A stretch of 62,607 nt of DNA, filler included, from Catajapyx aquilonaris (taxonomy: Eukaryota), in NCBI GenBank assembly GCA_000934665.2. It is 2 parts of 2 records of this genome, joined end to end, with 100 filler letters (N's around TTAATTAATTAA, not from the genome) between each part and the next. Parts side by side here need not be neighbours in the genome. Positions count along the whole stretch, not along the records: positions 31,368 to 62,607 come from JYFJ02004551.1; 1 more part is not named here. One strand, written 5' to 3'. Below, piece after piece: positions 36,743 through 48,217 of this stretch; position 1 is the stretch's first letter, and every line of letters starts with the position of its first letter. The notes below the pieces were generated by a model. The model was given only the letters and a program-made list of their open reading frames with translations. It searched no databases and was not told the DNA's origin. The position numbers were made by a program, and so were the translations under genes.

Positions 36743-37606
36743 GGTGGATATGAAGCTAAGGCTCACAATTTGACATCGTTTTGAATTTCACAGGGTTTAT
36801 AGAGTAAGAAGCCCTCTTCCCAATGGTGGGAAAAAAATCACCCCTAACCGGGCAAATAAGCTCGCAAAATGGCTCACAATGTGCCGACTGTCCATAAGCT
36901 CCAATGTTAAATTAAAACTTTATTTTAAAGCATCTACACAATTTAACAGTTTGAAAGTAATATATGTGAAATGTGAAGAATAATATAGTAATTACAAAGA
37001 ACGCAAAAAAAACATATCAAACCGAATGATTTAAATTGTTATCGTGGAAAAAAGAAAAATGGTGCGACGCTAGCCTGAGGCACGGGAGAAGTGGCAACAT
37101 GGCCTCCTGCACGAATGGATGTATCCATGGTAGTGTTTGTTTATTAAAGTGATTTTCCTACGAAATGGCGCGCAGAGTGTCCGAATTTGCGAGAGCGGCG
37201 TTGCCACTTTTATGTCAACAGTTGGTTACCAACTTACTGTAAATTAAAGCCTACACTTATCCCCCTCCCTTTCCGAAGATAATGTGTATTATGTAATGGA
37301 TGTAACACGACATTGTAGAGCCTCGTAACTGTCACCCACTACCGTCGCCTTTTATCCTAAATATGCTGCCCTTGGCAAACTAAAAATTCCGGTGTGTACA
37401 TTCCAGTAGGTTGGCAATGTGTTCCAAGTGAATTAGGTTTTGCCCTGTAACAAATCGAGTTTACGGTGGATTTTAAAATGGAATGCATATTATTCCTCAG
37501 CATCCACTACTGCATTAGATGCAGGTGTTTCCCCGAATTTAACTGCTCTAATTAACGTTTTTGTTCTAGACACTGAATTGACTAGGGAGGTAGCTTCATA
37601 TCCACC
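36743..37606. mobile_element. Non-autonomous DNA transposon with TTAA TSD and 5'-GG termini (Kolobok-like)
   Basis: TTAA|GGTGGATATGAAGCTA ... TAGCTTCATATCCACC|TTAA, perfect 16-nt TIR. Confidence 0.75.
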
Positions 37607-38266
37607 TTAAATCAGTGACAGATGCGAAAATCATCCCCACTCCAGTATTCTCTGCCTTCCTGCCCGTGGGAAAGGAAGCTGAGTAATCAAAAGCAGCCTA
37701 TTTTTCTACCGAGGGGCCAAGAAATGGTCTGTTAAAGCCGACATGAGATGAAAATGTGTCTGTTATGTCAGGAGTAAAAATGCACAGCACCTTATAGAAT
37801 GCTGTGGCAGGCCTTTCGAGTCTGTTACAACCGGATTCAACTCTATTAACAATTTCTCTGAATCCATCAAGCGTGCCTTCTCGGTAAGACATATGCATCC
37901 GAGTTAAGCGCCGATGTTATTTCTTTGGAGTTGTAGTCAGTGTTTTTGTCATGTTCTGTTGTGCCCTTGCTTTGGTAACCATGTTTGTTCTCCCTTCCCA
38001 GCCATTATATTTGGCTACTTTTTCATCACAAGTTTTTTTTAATGGGCACGATGCTCCTTTTTTATAACTTCAAGAACTTTTACGTATCAAGTCCAGCAAC
38101 TGTCTGTCGGATTTAATACGGCACATTACTTAATTTCGCGAACTACTGGCTGCTCCACACCCTTATTCGGGCCACATCAGGTCTTGCTCATGTGACCTGT
38201 TCGAAGCCATCACTCCCGTGAGTACAGAACATTTACACTCCACCTGGCTTAGCTCACTATTCAGTA

Positions 38267-38730
38267 CTAGCATGGGACCCGTTCTTCGCACTGGGATTGA
38301 TAAATGAATGATTTGTAAAACCTCCACATACTGTACAAGCGGCGATACCCGTTCTTCACACGGGAAAAAAGCGTTCAGATTTATACCGAGATCTTTCCAA
38401 GCATTATTATTATTCAAGAACAAAAATGGGCGACACGGTGGCCTAGTGGTTAGCGCCGCAGCCTTCCACCTCTAAGGTCCCGAGTTCGATCCCCCGGTCG
38501 GACGGATGATACTTATGTGGATAGAGTTTCGATGGGTTCTCTCCGTGTTTTCTCGGGGTTCTCCCGTTTCCTCCCACTATCAAAATCCATCACATTACAG
38601 GCAAATGATTAAAGACGGTTATTCAAAAGATGATCCCCTAAGAGGCCCAAGGGGCCTATCACGGGGTATCCATTATTATTCAAGAACAAAACAGAATTCT
38701 TCCATTGCCTGCATATGCATGGGATGTGCA
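38267..38730 (-). mobile_element. Helitron family B fragment with two tandem 3' termini, interrupted by a SINE
   Basis: CTAGCATGGGACCCGTTCTTCGCACTGGG (38267) and CAAGCGGCGATACCCGTTCTTCACACGGG (38336) match the 41680 terminus; similarity resumes after the SINE (TTCCATTGC..CATATGCA). Confidence 0.6.
38428..38671 (+). mobile_element. tRNA-derived SINE with a V/Meta-type central domain
   Basis: Box A TGGCCTAGTGG, box B GAGTTCGATCCC, GGGTTCTCCCGTTTCCTCCCAC core, 20-nt TSD ATTATTATTCAAGAACAAAA (38406-38425 and 38672-38691). Confidence 0.85.
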
Positions 38731-39296
38731 ATATTGCTTTTACAAGGCTCGCTCCGAAAGTTATGCCTCCTATTTTATTGTGTTGGGCCACGTATGAGTC
38801 CTCCCTAAAAAGTGTAAGGCTTCACCACCACTGACAACCGAAATGCATAATAGTGAGGATGGCTTCAATATTTTCTAACCCGCCAAAAAAATTAAGGCAC
38901 AAAAATTATTGCAATGGCCAACGATTATTCCAGAGAAACACTACGCGACATTCGCAAGTTGTTGTGTAAAGCTGGACAAGAATAATACAGGAATTCTGAA
39001 AATGTATACTAATGAGCAACAGGTTGTAAAAGATGACGAGATGAAAAGTTGTACTGTAAGTAGTTAATGTCAAAACGGGAGCTCAAAGTGGAGTCCACCA
39101 GTCGTCCGATACATGGACAGACTAATTAAAAAATTCAATCTATATTGGGGGTTTACTGGCAATGACAATATTATTTACTTATAGGAATTAGCGACCCGAA
39201 ATGTGGGTCCGACTTCATTTGGTGCTCCCTACTGTCCCTAGATAGGTGGTAGGAAAAGTTTGAGAAACACTGCGGGCTAAAACATGCCATACTAAC

Positions 39297-39515
39297 TTGC
39301 TTATGAGCTCTATCTTGGTTGCAGAAAAAATAGCTTCAAAATGAACCAAATGATTCCAAGCAAAAGCATCCACCAGCATTTTGGTGCTCGCCGGATCGGT
39401 GGTGTTGTTAATGAGAGCCACCTTGTATCCATCACTATTCAGAGTGCGAAGAATCTGGAGCACACCCATGTAAGGCCGAATGCGCTGCCTGGTTCGATCA
39501 ACAAGGACGCCATCT
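39297..39515 (-). CDS. MDP1: MDP1-like protein, exon 3
   Basis: cattacag|A ... AA|gttagt, phase 2-2; DGVLVDRTRQRIRPYMGVLQILRTLNSDGYKVALINNTTDPASTKMLVDAFAWNHLVHFEAIFSATKIELISK aligns with MDP1 DGTVRDRRGQDVRLYPEV...IYPGSKITHF. Confidence 0.88.
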
Positions 39516-41237
39516 CTGTAATGGTGATTATTTTAGTCAAAGATACTCATAATCATCACTCATAAGACATTCAATATTAGTAAAGTACAAAGTGGCCAAA
39601 AAATCAGGACATATACGTAGTCTGTGACGGTAGTGAGCAAAGTAGTGAGTAGGTAAGAGGACACATTGACCTTCTGTTTGATTCACGAGATTAATGAGTT
39701 TATCGTCATTATTCTGATTCATACTTGAAAGGTAAATCACTAAATGAAAAATGGTTTCAGACTTCCACAGAACAAAAAGGGACGGATGCAAATGAATGAA
39801 AATCATCAACTGTTTTGTATTTGTTCTCCAGCCACATCTGTGATGTCACAGAGGGTGAGCAATTTTAGCGCTAATGTTTTCGCCCATATATTTTGCTCAT
39901 TGCTATTTGTATTTTTACACGGTCCATCGAATACAAGACCACTGTACTTCTCTTCCCACACCGATAATCCCCTCCGAAAATGACACTATCTTGGGCTCCT
40001 CTATACTTCCCTGCTACTTCCAGTTTTCCTACAATTACATGCCCCTGAATGTTTGAAAACAACATAAGGTCTCATTGTAACCCGGTCCCGGATGAGGAAA
40101 CTCAGCAAAGTTTGAGATCTGGTTACAGCAGACACAATATTGCAACACACATAGATAAGAGCCAGTTTTTATGATCAACCCACGCACAGCATCAGAACCT
40201 GCGCGTCTTGGCAGAACAATAATGATAAGACTCTTCCTCGGAGGGCTCCCCAATGCAGTGGCACGAGAAATATTCCATTACATCACCTTAGAAGTGATAA
40301 TAATAACTTACGTTGGTAATATGGGGGAAAACAATACTTGAGAGAAAGGGACAAAGCCTGTTCAGTCCGCCCCGGTATGGCCCCGGAAGCCGGTATACGT
40401 ACTCTTGGTACTATACAGTATATTCCGTTGTGTGCCCACAATATATTGTACACTTCTAAGTCACCTTGTATCCCTCCCAAAAATTACAAAAATTACTTCA
40501 CCAAGTAGCATACTGTGTGACTTGGACATGTCCTAGTAATTTGTCTTCAGAGGAACAAAAGCTCTTCGGTCTCTTTCGCGCTCGTATTTTTCGGTACATA
40601 ACCATAATCAAACTGCAATTATTTAAGCAGTTAAATGTTTTCTGTAACTCTGTGTGTATGCCAGGGAGAGTGGGGGAGAGCTCATGTCTATGATTCCTCC
40701 ACTTCAGTGCGTGCTGCCCCCCCCCCCCTCCATTTCCCTTCCATACTTGTTTTTGCTTTTAGACATCTTAAAAATTGCATAAATTTACAGGAAAACTTGC
40801 ATTAAATGTACATTAAAATTTAACAATTGTGAACTATCAGCTTTTCAGGTCTTATTTGGCTGTTTCATTTTAAAATATAAATCTAATTTCTCTAACGTAA
40901 ATTCTATTAAATCATGCTAATTTGATTGGAGTTCCTTTTGTGAGGACAGTAAATGTAAATTCTTGATTTTGATTAGCTTTTGTATAGTGGATGATGAGAT
41001 ACATTGGCGCGGGGCCTTTATGGCCGGGTCGCCGTACCTCTGACACAGTGCGTGCTGGGAAGTAGCCTGCGTATGTTACCTCTATTGTAACTGCGCGCAC
41101 TTTGGCAGAAATTTAAAACTGGAAGGGGGGGAGAGGTCCTCCAAATTACAACAAGATCAACAAATAATGCACCTCGTCGTTATGGACACACCTATGTGTT
41201 CAGATATTTTGCCAACTTTCGTAGAATATTGCCTTAC

Positions 41238-41298
41238 CGATTTAGGTGCAGCGGAGTAACCACTTCCTGGTGGACACAAATTGGCCAGGCCGTATGAT
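41238..41298 (-). CDS. MDP1: MDP1-like protein, exon 2
   Basis: cgtag|AT ... CG|gtaag, phase 1-2; DHTAWPICVHQEVVTPLHLNR aligns with MDP1 [20 protein letters not shown]. Confidence 0.85.
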
Positions 41299-41393
41299 CT
41301 ACGGGCCCAAATCCCGTCCCACATTAATAAATAACTGTTCACCACAAATAAAACAGCACATAAGAATATCAAAATTCTGTGTTCATAACTCAC

Positions 41394-41472
41394 CTAAGCT
41401 TATGATCACCAGTTGCGGCTTCTTATTGTCACAGGGATCGGAGAAACCTGCTTGCAAGTGAGCAGCCGCCAT
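41394..41472 (-). CDS. MDP1: MDP1-like protein, exon 1 (probable start)
   Basis: ATG at 41472; MAAAHLQAGFSDPCDNKKPQLVIISL G|gtgag aligns with MDP1 LPKLAVFDL-D. The four exons total 561 nt (186 aa) in one open frame. Confidence 0.8.
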
Positions 41473-42343
41473 ATCAAGCGACAAGGGTGGACTCTGGACA
41501 CAAACTACTCTTTTTTCCTATTGTCTTGTAACTCGCACGAATCGGAGACGCCTCCAGCGCCCTCTAAAAACGACACACCAGTAGCTATACATGATATTAC
41601 GTAAGTGGAGTCTTGGTTGCGCGCGTGAAAAATTAGTTCGATTCATAGGCCTCTGCATGTTTCCTCGCATATTATTTTACTAGCAGCGGTACCCGTTCTT
41701 CGCACGGGGAAAAAAAGAGCGTGGATAATTACATCGAAATCTTCTTAGATCTCAAGCAATATTAAATGCAAAACTGCTCATTCCATTGCATATGCAGGCA
41801 CTGGAAGGGTGTAAAAATTCTGGTTTGTTTGCGTAATAAAGAGCCACGCAACTATGGCTATGTGGTTATCAGAATACAAAAAGGTGGGACAGATGGAGAG
41901 AGAAACAAAGAGGAAAAAGAAGAGAGGAAAGACTGGCATCTCTCTTAGTCTGTCTCCTATCTCAAAGACCTGTCCAACTTGGGCGGCCCTACCAGTAGAC
42001 GAAACTACCGCCGGCATAGCTCTTCAGGATCATGGGAAAACGAAAGCTCACCACCACGGCAAGGTGGCGATACATTGGGGGGAGGGGGAATTTAACAATG
42101 CGGATAAAAAAATTGGGGGAAGTGCAAAATTTGAAACCATTTACAGGCCTGTTTCTATGGTAATCACCAACAATATTCTGTTGCCACGGGCAAACAAATG
42201 TTATTTTTTTTTGCCTTACATACGTAGATTAAAATATGTTATTTCTTAATTAATTTATAGCAGCAAACCCGTGTGTAGTGTCTGGTATACATACGTTGAA
42301 CTTGGTGTCAGTCAACCTACACAGAAGTGATTGATAGTGGAGG

Positions 42344-42820
42344 GATAATTGGACCGTGTTATGCAATAATGGGTCAACCAACAAAAAATGTCAAAATTGA
42401 GCCAAGCCCAGGAACATACACCTAAAGCAGAGGTTCTTAACCTTTTAGGCCTCCGCACCCCTTTGTAGACAATATATTGGTCCTTGTCGCACCCCCTTTA
42501 CCAGGGGTGATTGATTACGTTCATAGTTAGACCAGTTATTAGCTCTTGGTTAGACTAAGTCCAGAGGTGCACCTTGCTCCCACCCCCAGGGAAGCCACCT
42601 CGCATCCCCTGGAGGTGCGGGCACCCCAGGCTAAGAACCGCTGACCTAAATGATCCTACTTCATTCAGTTAAAATCACACTGGTGAAATGTGCATACTTC
42701 TGCCATAAATGACTGAACAGAACACTGAATTAATTTCACAGGTATGACCTTCAAAGCCCTTTTTCTCAAAACTGGTCTCATGTGGGTTGATGCATTATTG
42801 CATAACACCGTCCAATTATC
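42344..42820. mobile_element. MITE with ~40-nt TIRs hosting a hAT MITE
   Basis: GATAATTGGACCGTGTTATGCAATAATG inverted to CATTATTGCATAACACCGTCCAATTATC. Confidence 0.7.
42428..42643. mobile_element. hAT (Charlie-like) MITE
   Basis: CAGAGGTTCTTAACCT ... AGGCTAAGAACCGCTG; 8-nt TSD ACCTAAAG/ACCTAAAT. Confidence 0.8.
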
Positions 42821-43816
42821 AAAATAATACAGTAGGTACCCGTTTTACACCCCTCCATTTTACGCCGTTCTACATTAACGGTTTGAAAATGACATCATAA
42901 AATTTTTAAATTGAAGAATTGTGATAACGTGGAAATTATGATAGCTTGCTGGTTGTGAAGTGGCCAAGAAAGATTTCCCATGCGGGAAGTACCCGTTTTA
43001 CGCCGCTCCATTTTACGCCGTTTCGCATTAACCCCGGTTTTAAAATTACCGTACATTTGAAAATTTTGTATAAGATTAAAAAAAAAAAATGATGATAAGA
43101 CAATCTGAACATGAACGCATCACTCCAACACTTCTGAGACCAAACACACGAACGTATACCTGCTCTTCTTTCCCCTGTGTTTCCTGGTGCCTTGTGGCAG
43201 CTTCTATCGATATATGAACTGTACAGTAGGCCTACTGTATTGTTCGGTATTGTTGATCTCGGCACTCCCCGAAGTACTCCAACCGTTAATTGTTACGATA
43301 CCCTACGTGTCAAGGGGGGTAATCACTCGACTGAAAAGTGTACACTGGAGTACCAAATTCAAGGAGTACCACGGAGTAATAAAGAGTGAGGTGCCTGAGG
43401 AGTACCAGGGAGTACCACTCCCAGGTGTACACCGGAGTACCGAAGTGATTGCCCCCTTGCTACGTGCACTGCAATTATATTATTCTTGCCAACCTGCCCG
43501 TTGTTCTATTGTTTTCATTGTTGAATATGCAATGTTGAATTCATTTTAGAACATGAAGTGAGAGAGTCAGATCCATCATTTGGGCTTGTTGACAGAGAGG
43601 GTTGCTAGGCAATTGCTTAATCTGCTGAAAACCCCCCCTTAGATTCAAAAAAGTTCGGGTTTGGGACTTTTGTCGGGGGCAGTGATAGGTAAGACATGGC
43701 TGTGCGAAATTTGAGCGCTCTCCGTGCCCGGGAAGTGGCTTAATATTAGGCGTGACATACATACATTAATACATATGTACAAACTTTCTCCTTTATTAAT
43801 AGGGATATTTAATATA

Positions 43817-44378
43817 CAGGGTGTTTACGACCTAACTTTACAAACTTCTGGGGGTGATAGAGGGGACCAAGACAAACATTTTTGACATAGGAACCCGTGT
43901 CCGGAAACGCCATCTAGAGGGGGTTCATAGACAAGGAACGGGTGTGCTCAGACGCGTCACGCGAGAGGCGCAAGTCGAGCAGCCTGTTTTGTTGATAGAT
44001 GGCGCTCGGATAGTAACCAACGATGCGATGTGCCATAACGTGGCAACAGCAGAGCCATCTAGCACCTAAAGTACGCCTCCTAGGAGATGCGCGGATAGTC
44101 AACAGCGGTTCTGTTGTTGCCAGGTTATGGCGTATCGCGTTGTTGTTTACTTACAACGACGCGATACGCCATAACCTGGCAACAACTGCGCACCATCTAT
44201 CAACAAAACAGTCCGCTCGACTTGCGCCTCTCGCGTGACGCGTCTGAGCGCACCCGTTCCTCGTCTATGAACCCCCTCTAGATGGCGTTTCCGGACACGG
44301 GTTCCTATGTCAAAAATGTTTGTCTTGGTCCCCTCTATTACCCCTGGAAGTTTGTAAAGTTACGTCGTAAACACCCTG
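43817..44378. mobile_element. Mariner-type long-TIR MITE, copy 1
   Basis: TA|CAGGGTGTTTACGAC ... GTCGTAAACACCCTG|TA, with >160-nt inverted arms. Confidence 0.92.
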
Positions 44379-44389
44379 TATATATTATA

Positions 44390-44725
44390 CAGGGTGTTAT
44401 AAAAGTTGTGCACAAAGTATATAGAGGTCAGAATAGGAATCCATATCCTTCAATGTATAATCCTGAGTCAGTATGAACTTATACATTCCATACATAGGCT
44501 ACCATACCATACATGCCAATGAAATCAGTGTGTTAATAATCTTAATATTGCACAAAATTTAATAAAGAAAGAAAGATTACATGAAATTAGTGCGTGTAAG
44601 TTATTACAAGTTGTTCGAGTTGGCGACCACCGCATTCAATGCAGGTATTTTCATTGTCGAAGGAAACACTGTCATGCACTTCGCAAAGACGCCAGGAATT
44701 TCCCGGACCACGTCACTGCTGCAAG
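44390..44725 (-). mobile_element. Decayed 3' end of a Tc1/mariner transposon (transposase C-terminus plus TIR)
   Basis: Minus strand gives DVVREIPGVF...(frameshift)...TCIECGGRQLEQL, matching the CIxxxGGHFEHLL terminus of mariner-like transposases; end TA|CAGGGTGTT at 44388-44398. Confidence 0.65.
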
Positions 44726-45223
44726 TGTTCTGGCTGCAAGTGTTTCTGGGTCATGCACTACAGGTGTGATACAATGATACAAAGGTGCTGTAATACATGC
44801 AAAATAATAATGAAGATCATAATCAACTGAAACAATTGAATTCCTCCTCGTACAATACGATTACCAGTAGGCCTACATCCCCATGTTCCCTACATTCCCA
44901 GGCTGGTATGTACTGACTCAGGATTACTTCAGAGGACATGAGTTCCTATTTCAATGTTTCTCTTTTCCGACCCCTTTGGTTTCAGTTAAAAAAAAATACT
45001 GTATGTCAATGTGCCGTTGAAATGAGACTGACCCATATACGATTATGGATTTATGACTGCCAATCAATCAGTTATTATTCTCCTAGAACAATTCTGGTTA
45101 TGCACCATGGAAAATTGCATGGGAGGCAGTGATAATGTTAATGTGTCTTGACGAGTGGACTGTGGAATTTGGCTGATACGGGGGAAGACAAGGGTGTAGA
45201 GGCTGTGAGTCTGTGACTACGGA

Positions 45224-46938
45224 CAGGGCCCTGCAGAGCTTGTCTGAGGCCCGGGGCAGGATCATGTTAGAGGACCCTTCTTATAATGACATAAAATGTA
45301 CAAAGTCCGTCAATGAGATGCGCCAGTAGGTAGTCAACTGATTTATTCACTTGCACAAGCACAGAACAACATGCACACCCTGGAAATGCAACCAGTGGAG
45401 ATGTGGAAAAGAGGAAAAGGGCTATAAATGCACACAAATAGGGTGTTGGGGAACCGAGCCCCTACTATTGCAATGTCATGGCTCCTCTTGCACACATAGT
45501 ATCTTAATTAATTTGGGTTTTTAATGCCCGACATGAGGCATTTACAATAATATAATTACACTATGTAACAAAAATCAAAATTTTTGTTCTTGGAAATTAA
45601 TCGCCATTTTTATGTTCCTTAGGTCACTGGTAACTCATAATGACCTATCATTCTGTCTGAATTTTGTCTTAAACATTAATTGTGGTTGTCAAAGAACCAA
45701 AGTCCTCGAAAAAATCTTGGGGTCATTCCGAATCAAGTGGGACGAAATATTGCTTGACCCTCTCGGATTTTGGTGGAACAGAAGTGCACAACCATTCCAT
45801 AATGCTAAATATCAAGTTTCATCCATATTGCTCAATACCGTGAGGAGGGATAAATTCGCGAATTTGGGAAATTGCTAAAATGAGGCCTTTTTTGGAAGAA
45901 CTTTTTCGGTTAGTGGAATTGGTCAAAACCCAGTAAACAAATGAAGTAAAAAAGACTAGAAAATGGAACTATGAAATTAACACATTCTCCTAAAAAATGT
46001 AAGCAGAAAAACGTGTGCCATTCGTTCTATATTCATCACATGCTCAGTCACATGTCCAAGAACTTGGACTCCAATAATTATTAGTGATGTGTTTGCGTAA
46101 CTTCAGTCATATTTCGTGACATGAGTTTTGACCACCATAAGCTCTAAGGTGTAAGGTTATGTTCAATTTGAAACCAGGTAAAATATGAGGGATGTTTTGC
46201 AGATTCATCACTAATTTTAGGGGGCCCAAATTATGAGATATGTGACCGATGGAATGACACACGGTTTTCTGGTTACATATTCGAGTAAAGCCAATTCTAT
46301 TGTTGCATTCTCCTCGTCTTCCTCCGTCTTTTGATGTAAGTTACGTAATTATGTTCATTGGGTTTTGACCACTTTTACTAACCAAAAACAATATTCGCCA
46401 AGGGCTCAGTTTAAGGCCTTCAAAATTTTGGCTAGGTTCCCTTTTAAACAGAACTGTACTCTATGTAGGCAAGCCCTTTTCCTTTTCCCCACATCTTGAG
46501 TGGTTGCATTTTCAGGGTGAGAGAATTAGTGAGTGTTTGGGCAAGTCTGAATGTCTGATCGAATCCTTGCATATGGAGAGGCTCCAATAGCCCCCGACTG
46601 AAACAGGGGGCCCCAAATTGGCGAATTTCTATTGGAAAAAATTGACTGGCATTTAAGAGCCGGTATTGCATTATAGGGCCCCGAGTCCCCAACCTAAATA
46701 GGGGCCCCAAATTGGCTTATTATTATTATTATTGCCAAAATTTGGGAATTATAAGTCCAGAAATGATTCGGCCCTATGTGTTAAGACGCCATTGGGATTG
46801 GGTATTTTTCCCAGTAAGTTTCTGTCGGCTGGTTAGATAAGTCCAGCCTGGGGCCCCTGGCGGGGCCCCCTGGCCGTACTGAGGCCCGGGGCAAGTGTAC
46901 CCAGCTGTCCCCCCCNCCCCCCCCTCTGCAGGGCCCTG
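45224..46938. mobile_element. Non-autonomous hAT-like element with nested fragments
   Basis: CAGGGCCCTGCAGAG ... CTCTGCAGGGCCCTG, perfect 15-nt TIR; flanks CTACGGA/CTACCGGA; GAGGCCCGGGGCA subterminal repeats. Confidence 0.75.
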
Positions 46939-47541
46939 CTACCGGAATATCCAGCTTGTCCAGGGAAGCGAGCGGTATGCTATGGGTCTGCTGTCGTAGA
47001 GGTCAGTCACCTGTCTACCCAGCCAGAGACGGCCGTACACCTGTCCCAGTTATGGAATTCTTCCTTTCGGAGAGACAAATGATGACAACTACAATAGTCC
47101 TGCTGGAAGTTACTTGAACCCACTAGACTACTTGAGCATGTATCTGCCACCAAGAGCTTGCTGCCACCTGTTAAAAAGGAAGTTGTCGTGATTGAGATTC
47201 TACTCTAACGAGGATCCCCCTTGGAGGATATATTCGGGAAATTCAAAAACGGTGAAACAAGATTTCACTGTAATACGTATGATAACCTCGCAGTATAGGA
47301 GCTAATTCTAGCAAAAGGATTGAAGAACATATATTATTGACGATATAATCTCAAATAAATACAAAGGGAAGTAAAAGATATGAGAAAATAGAATTTTGAA
47401 ACATTATTTATTACTATTCATCACGCTTTTCCCTTATGTTTTTTTTTTTGCCTTTTCATGCACATAGAAGATTTTTCGCAAAGCTCAACAATACTCATGA
47501 CAAGAAATAATACTAGAGGGCCTAATGACTCAGCTTAGAGT

Positions 47542-47699
47542 TTACCACAACTGAAAATGAAACATGACCCACAAAAATATTGCGAGAATCACCGCGAGAT
47601 AAATTCCTCCACTCATTTTGATATCTCCACGAGACCAATCTGGCATGTCAGCCAAAACCATCGTCACCTTTTGGAAGTATCCAGATGGTTCACCTGCCC
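47542..47699 (-). CDS. Uncharacterised repeat protein, terminal exon with C-terminal transmembrane segment
   Basis: ctctctttgtag|GG, phase 1, matching the donor of exon 51728; GAGEPSGYFQKVTMVLADMPDWSRGDIKMSGGIYLAVILAIFLWVMFHFQLW*; minus-strand AATAAA at 47407-47412. Confidence 0.62.
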
Positions 47700-47867
47700 C
47701 TACAAAGAGAGAATTCCTGATTAAATATAATAACTTTTATTCAACAATGTTTTTTCCTGAATATAAAAGAAAAATTACTTTACTAAGGCTAATAAAAAAA
47801 ATAAGGCAAGGTGGTGCTTTGCCTTGATTGACACCTCCAAAAATGGAGGTGGCACAGAGAAGTTATA

Positions 47868-48030
47868 CAGTGAGCCCTCCATATCCGCGGGAATTGGTTA
47901 CATTACCTTCCGCGAATACCAAAATCCTCGGATGTTCAAGTACATGGAGTAATATATGCATATAACCTAGGCACATCCTCCAATACTTTAAATCATCTAG
48001 AGACTACTTTATAATACAAGTAATACCATA
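47868..48030 (+). mobile_element. Tigger/pogo-type MITE 5' fragment (MER2-like)
   Basis: TA|CAGTGAGCCCTCCATATCCGCGGG..ATACCAAAATCCTCGGATGTTCAAGT..TGCATATAACCTAGGCACATCCTCC..ATACTTTAAATCATCT. Confidence 0.7.
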
Positions 48031-48217
48031 CATAATAATAAATAGGCTATATATTACATTTTCATCTTGGAACAGGTCAAGGCGAATTGTCCTATCCCCC
48101 TCTTAAGCCCCTGGCCACCTTGTAGATGACATGCCATCACCCCTGTTTGTTATAAAGACCATCACAAAATGAAGACCTTCTGACATGCATTGTATAATTA
48201 TGTATGTTACCGGCAAT

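Larger units (their letters stand above)
41680..43805 (-). mobile_element. Helitron family B element (or two fragments) containing nested MITEs
   Basis: Minus 5' end A|TCCCTATTAATAAAGGAGAAAGTTTGTACATATGTA..TGTATGTATGTCACG at 43805; 3' hairpin CCCGTGCGAAGAACGGG plus CTAG|T at 41680. Confidence 0.6.

Noticed and set aside
11264..38500. tRNA genes at the box A/B motifs (11264, 28703, 31380, 38428)
   Set aside because: No complete cloverleaf; they continue into SINE bodies, two of them with TSDs.
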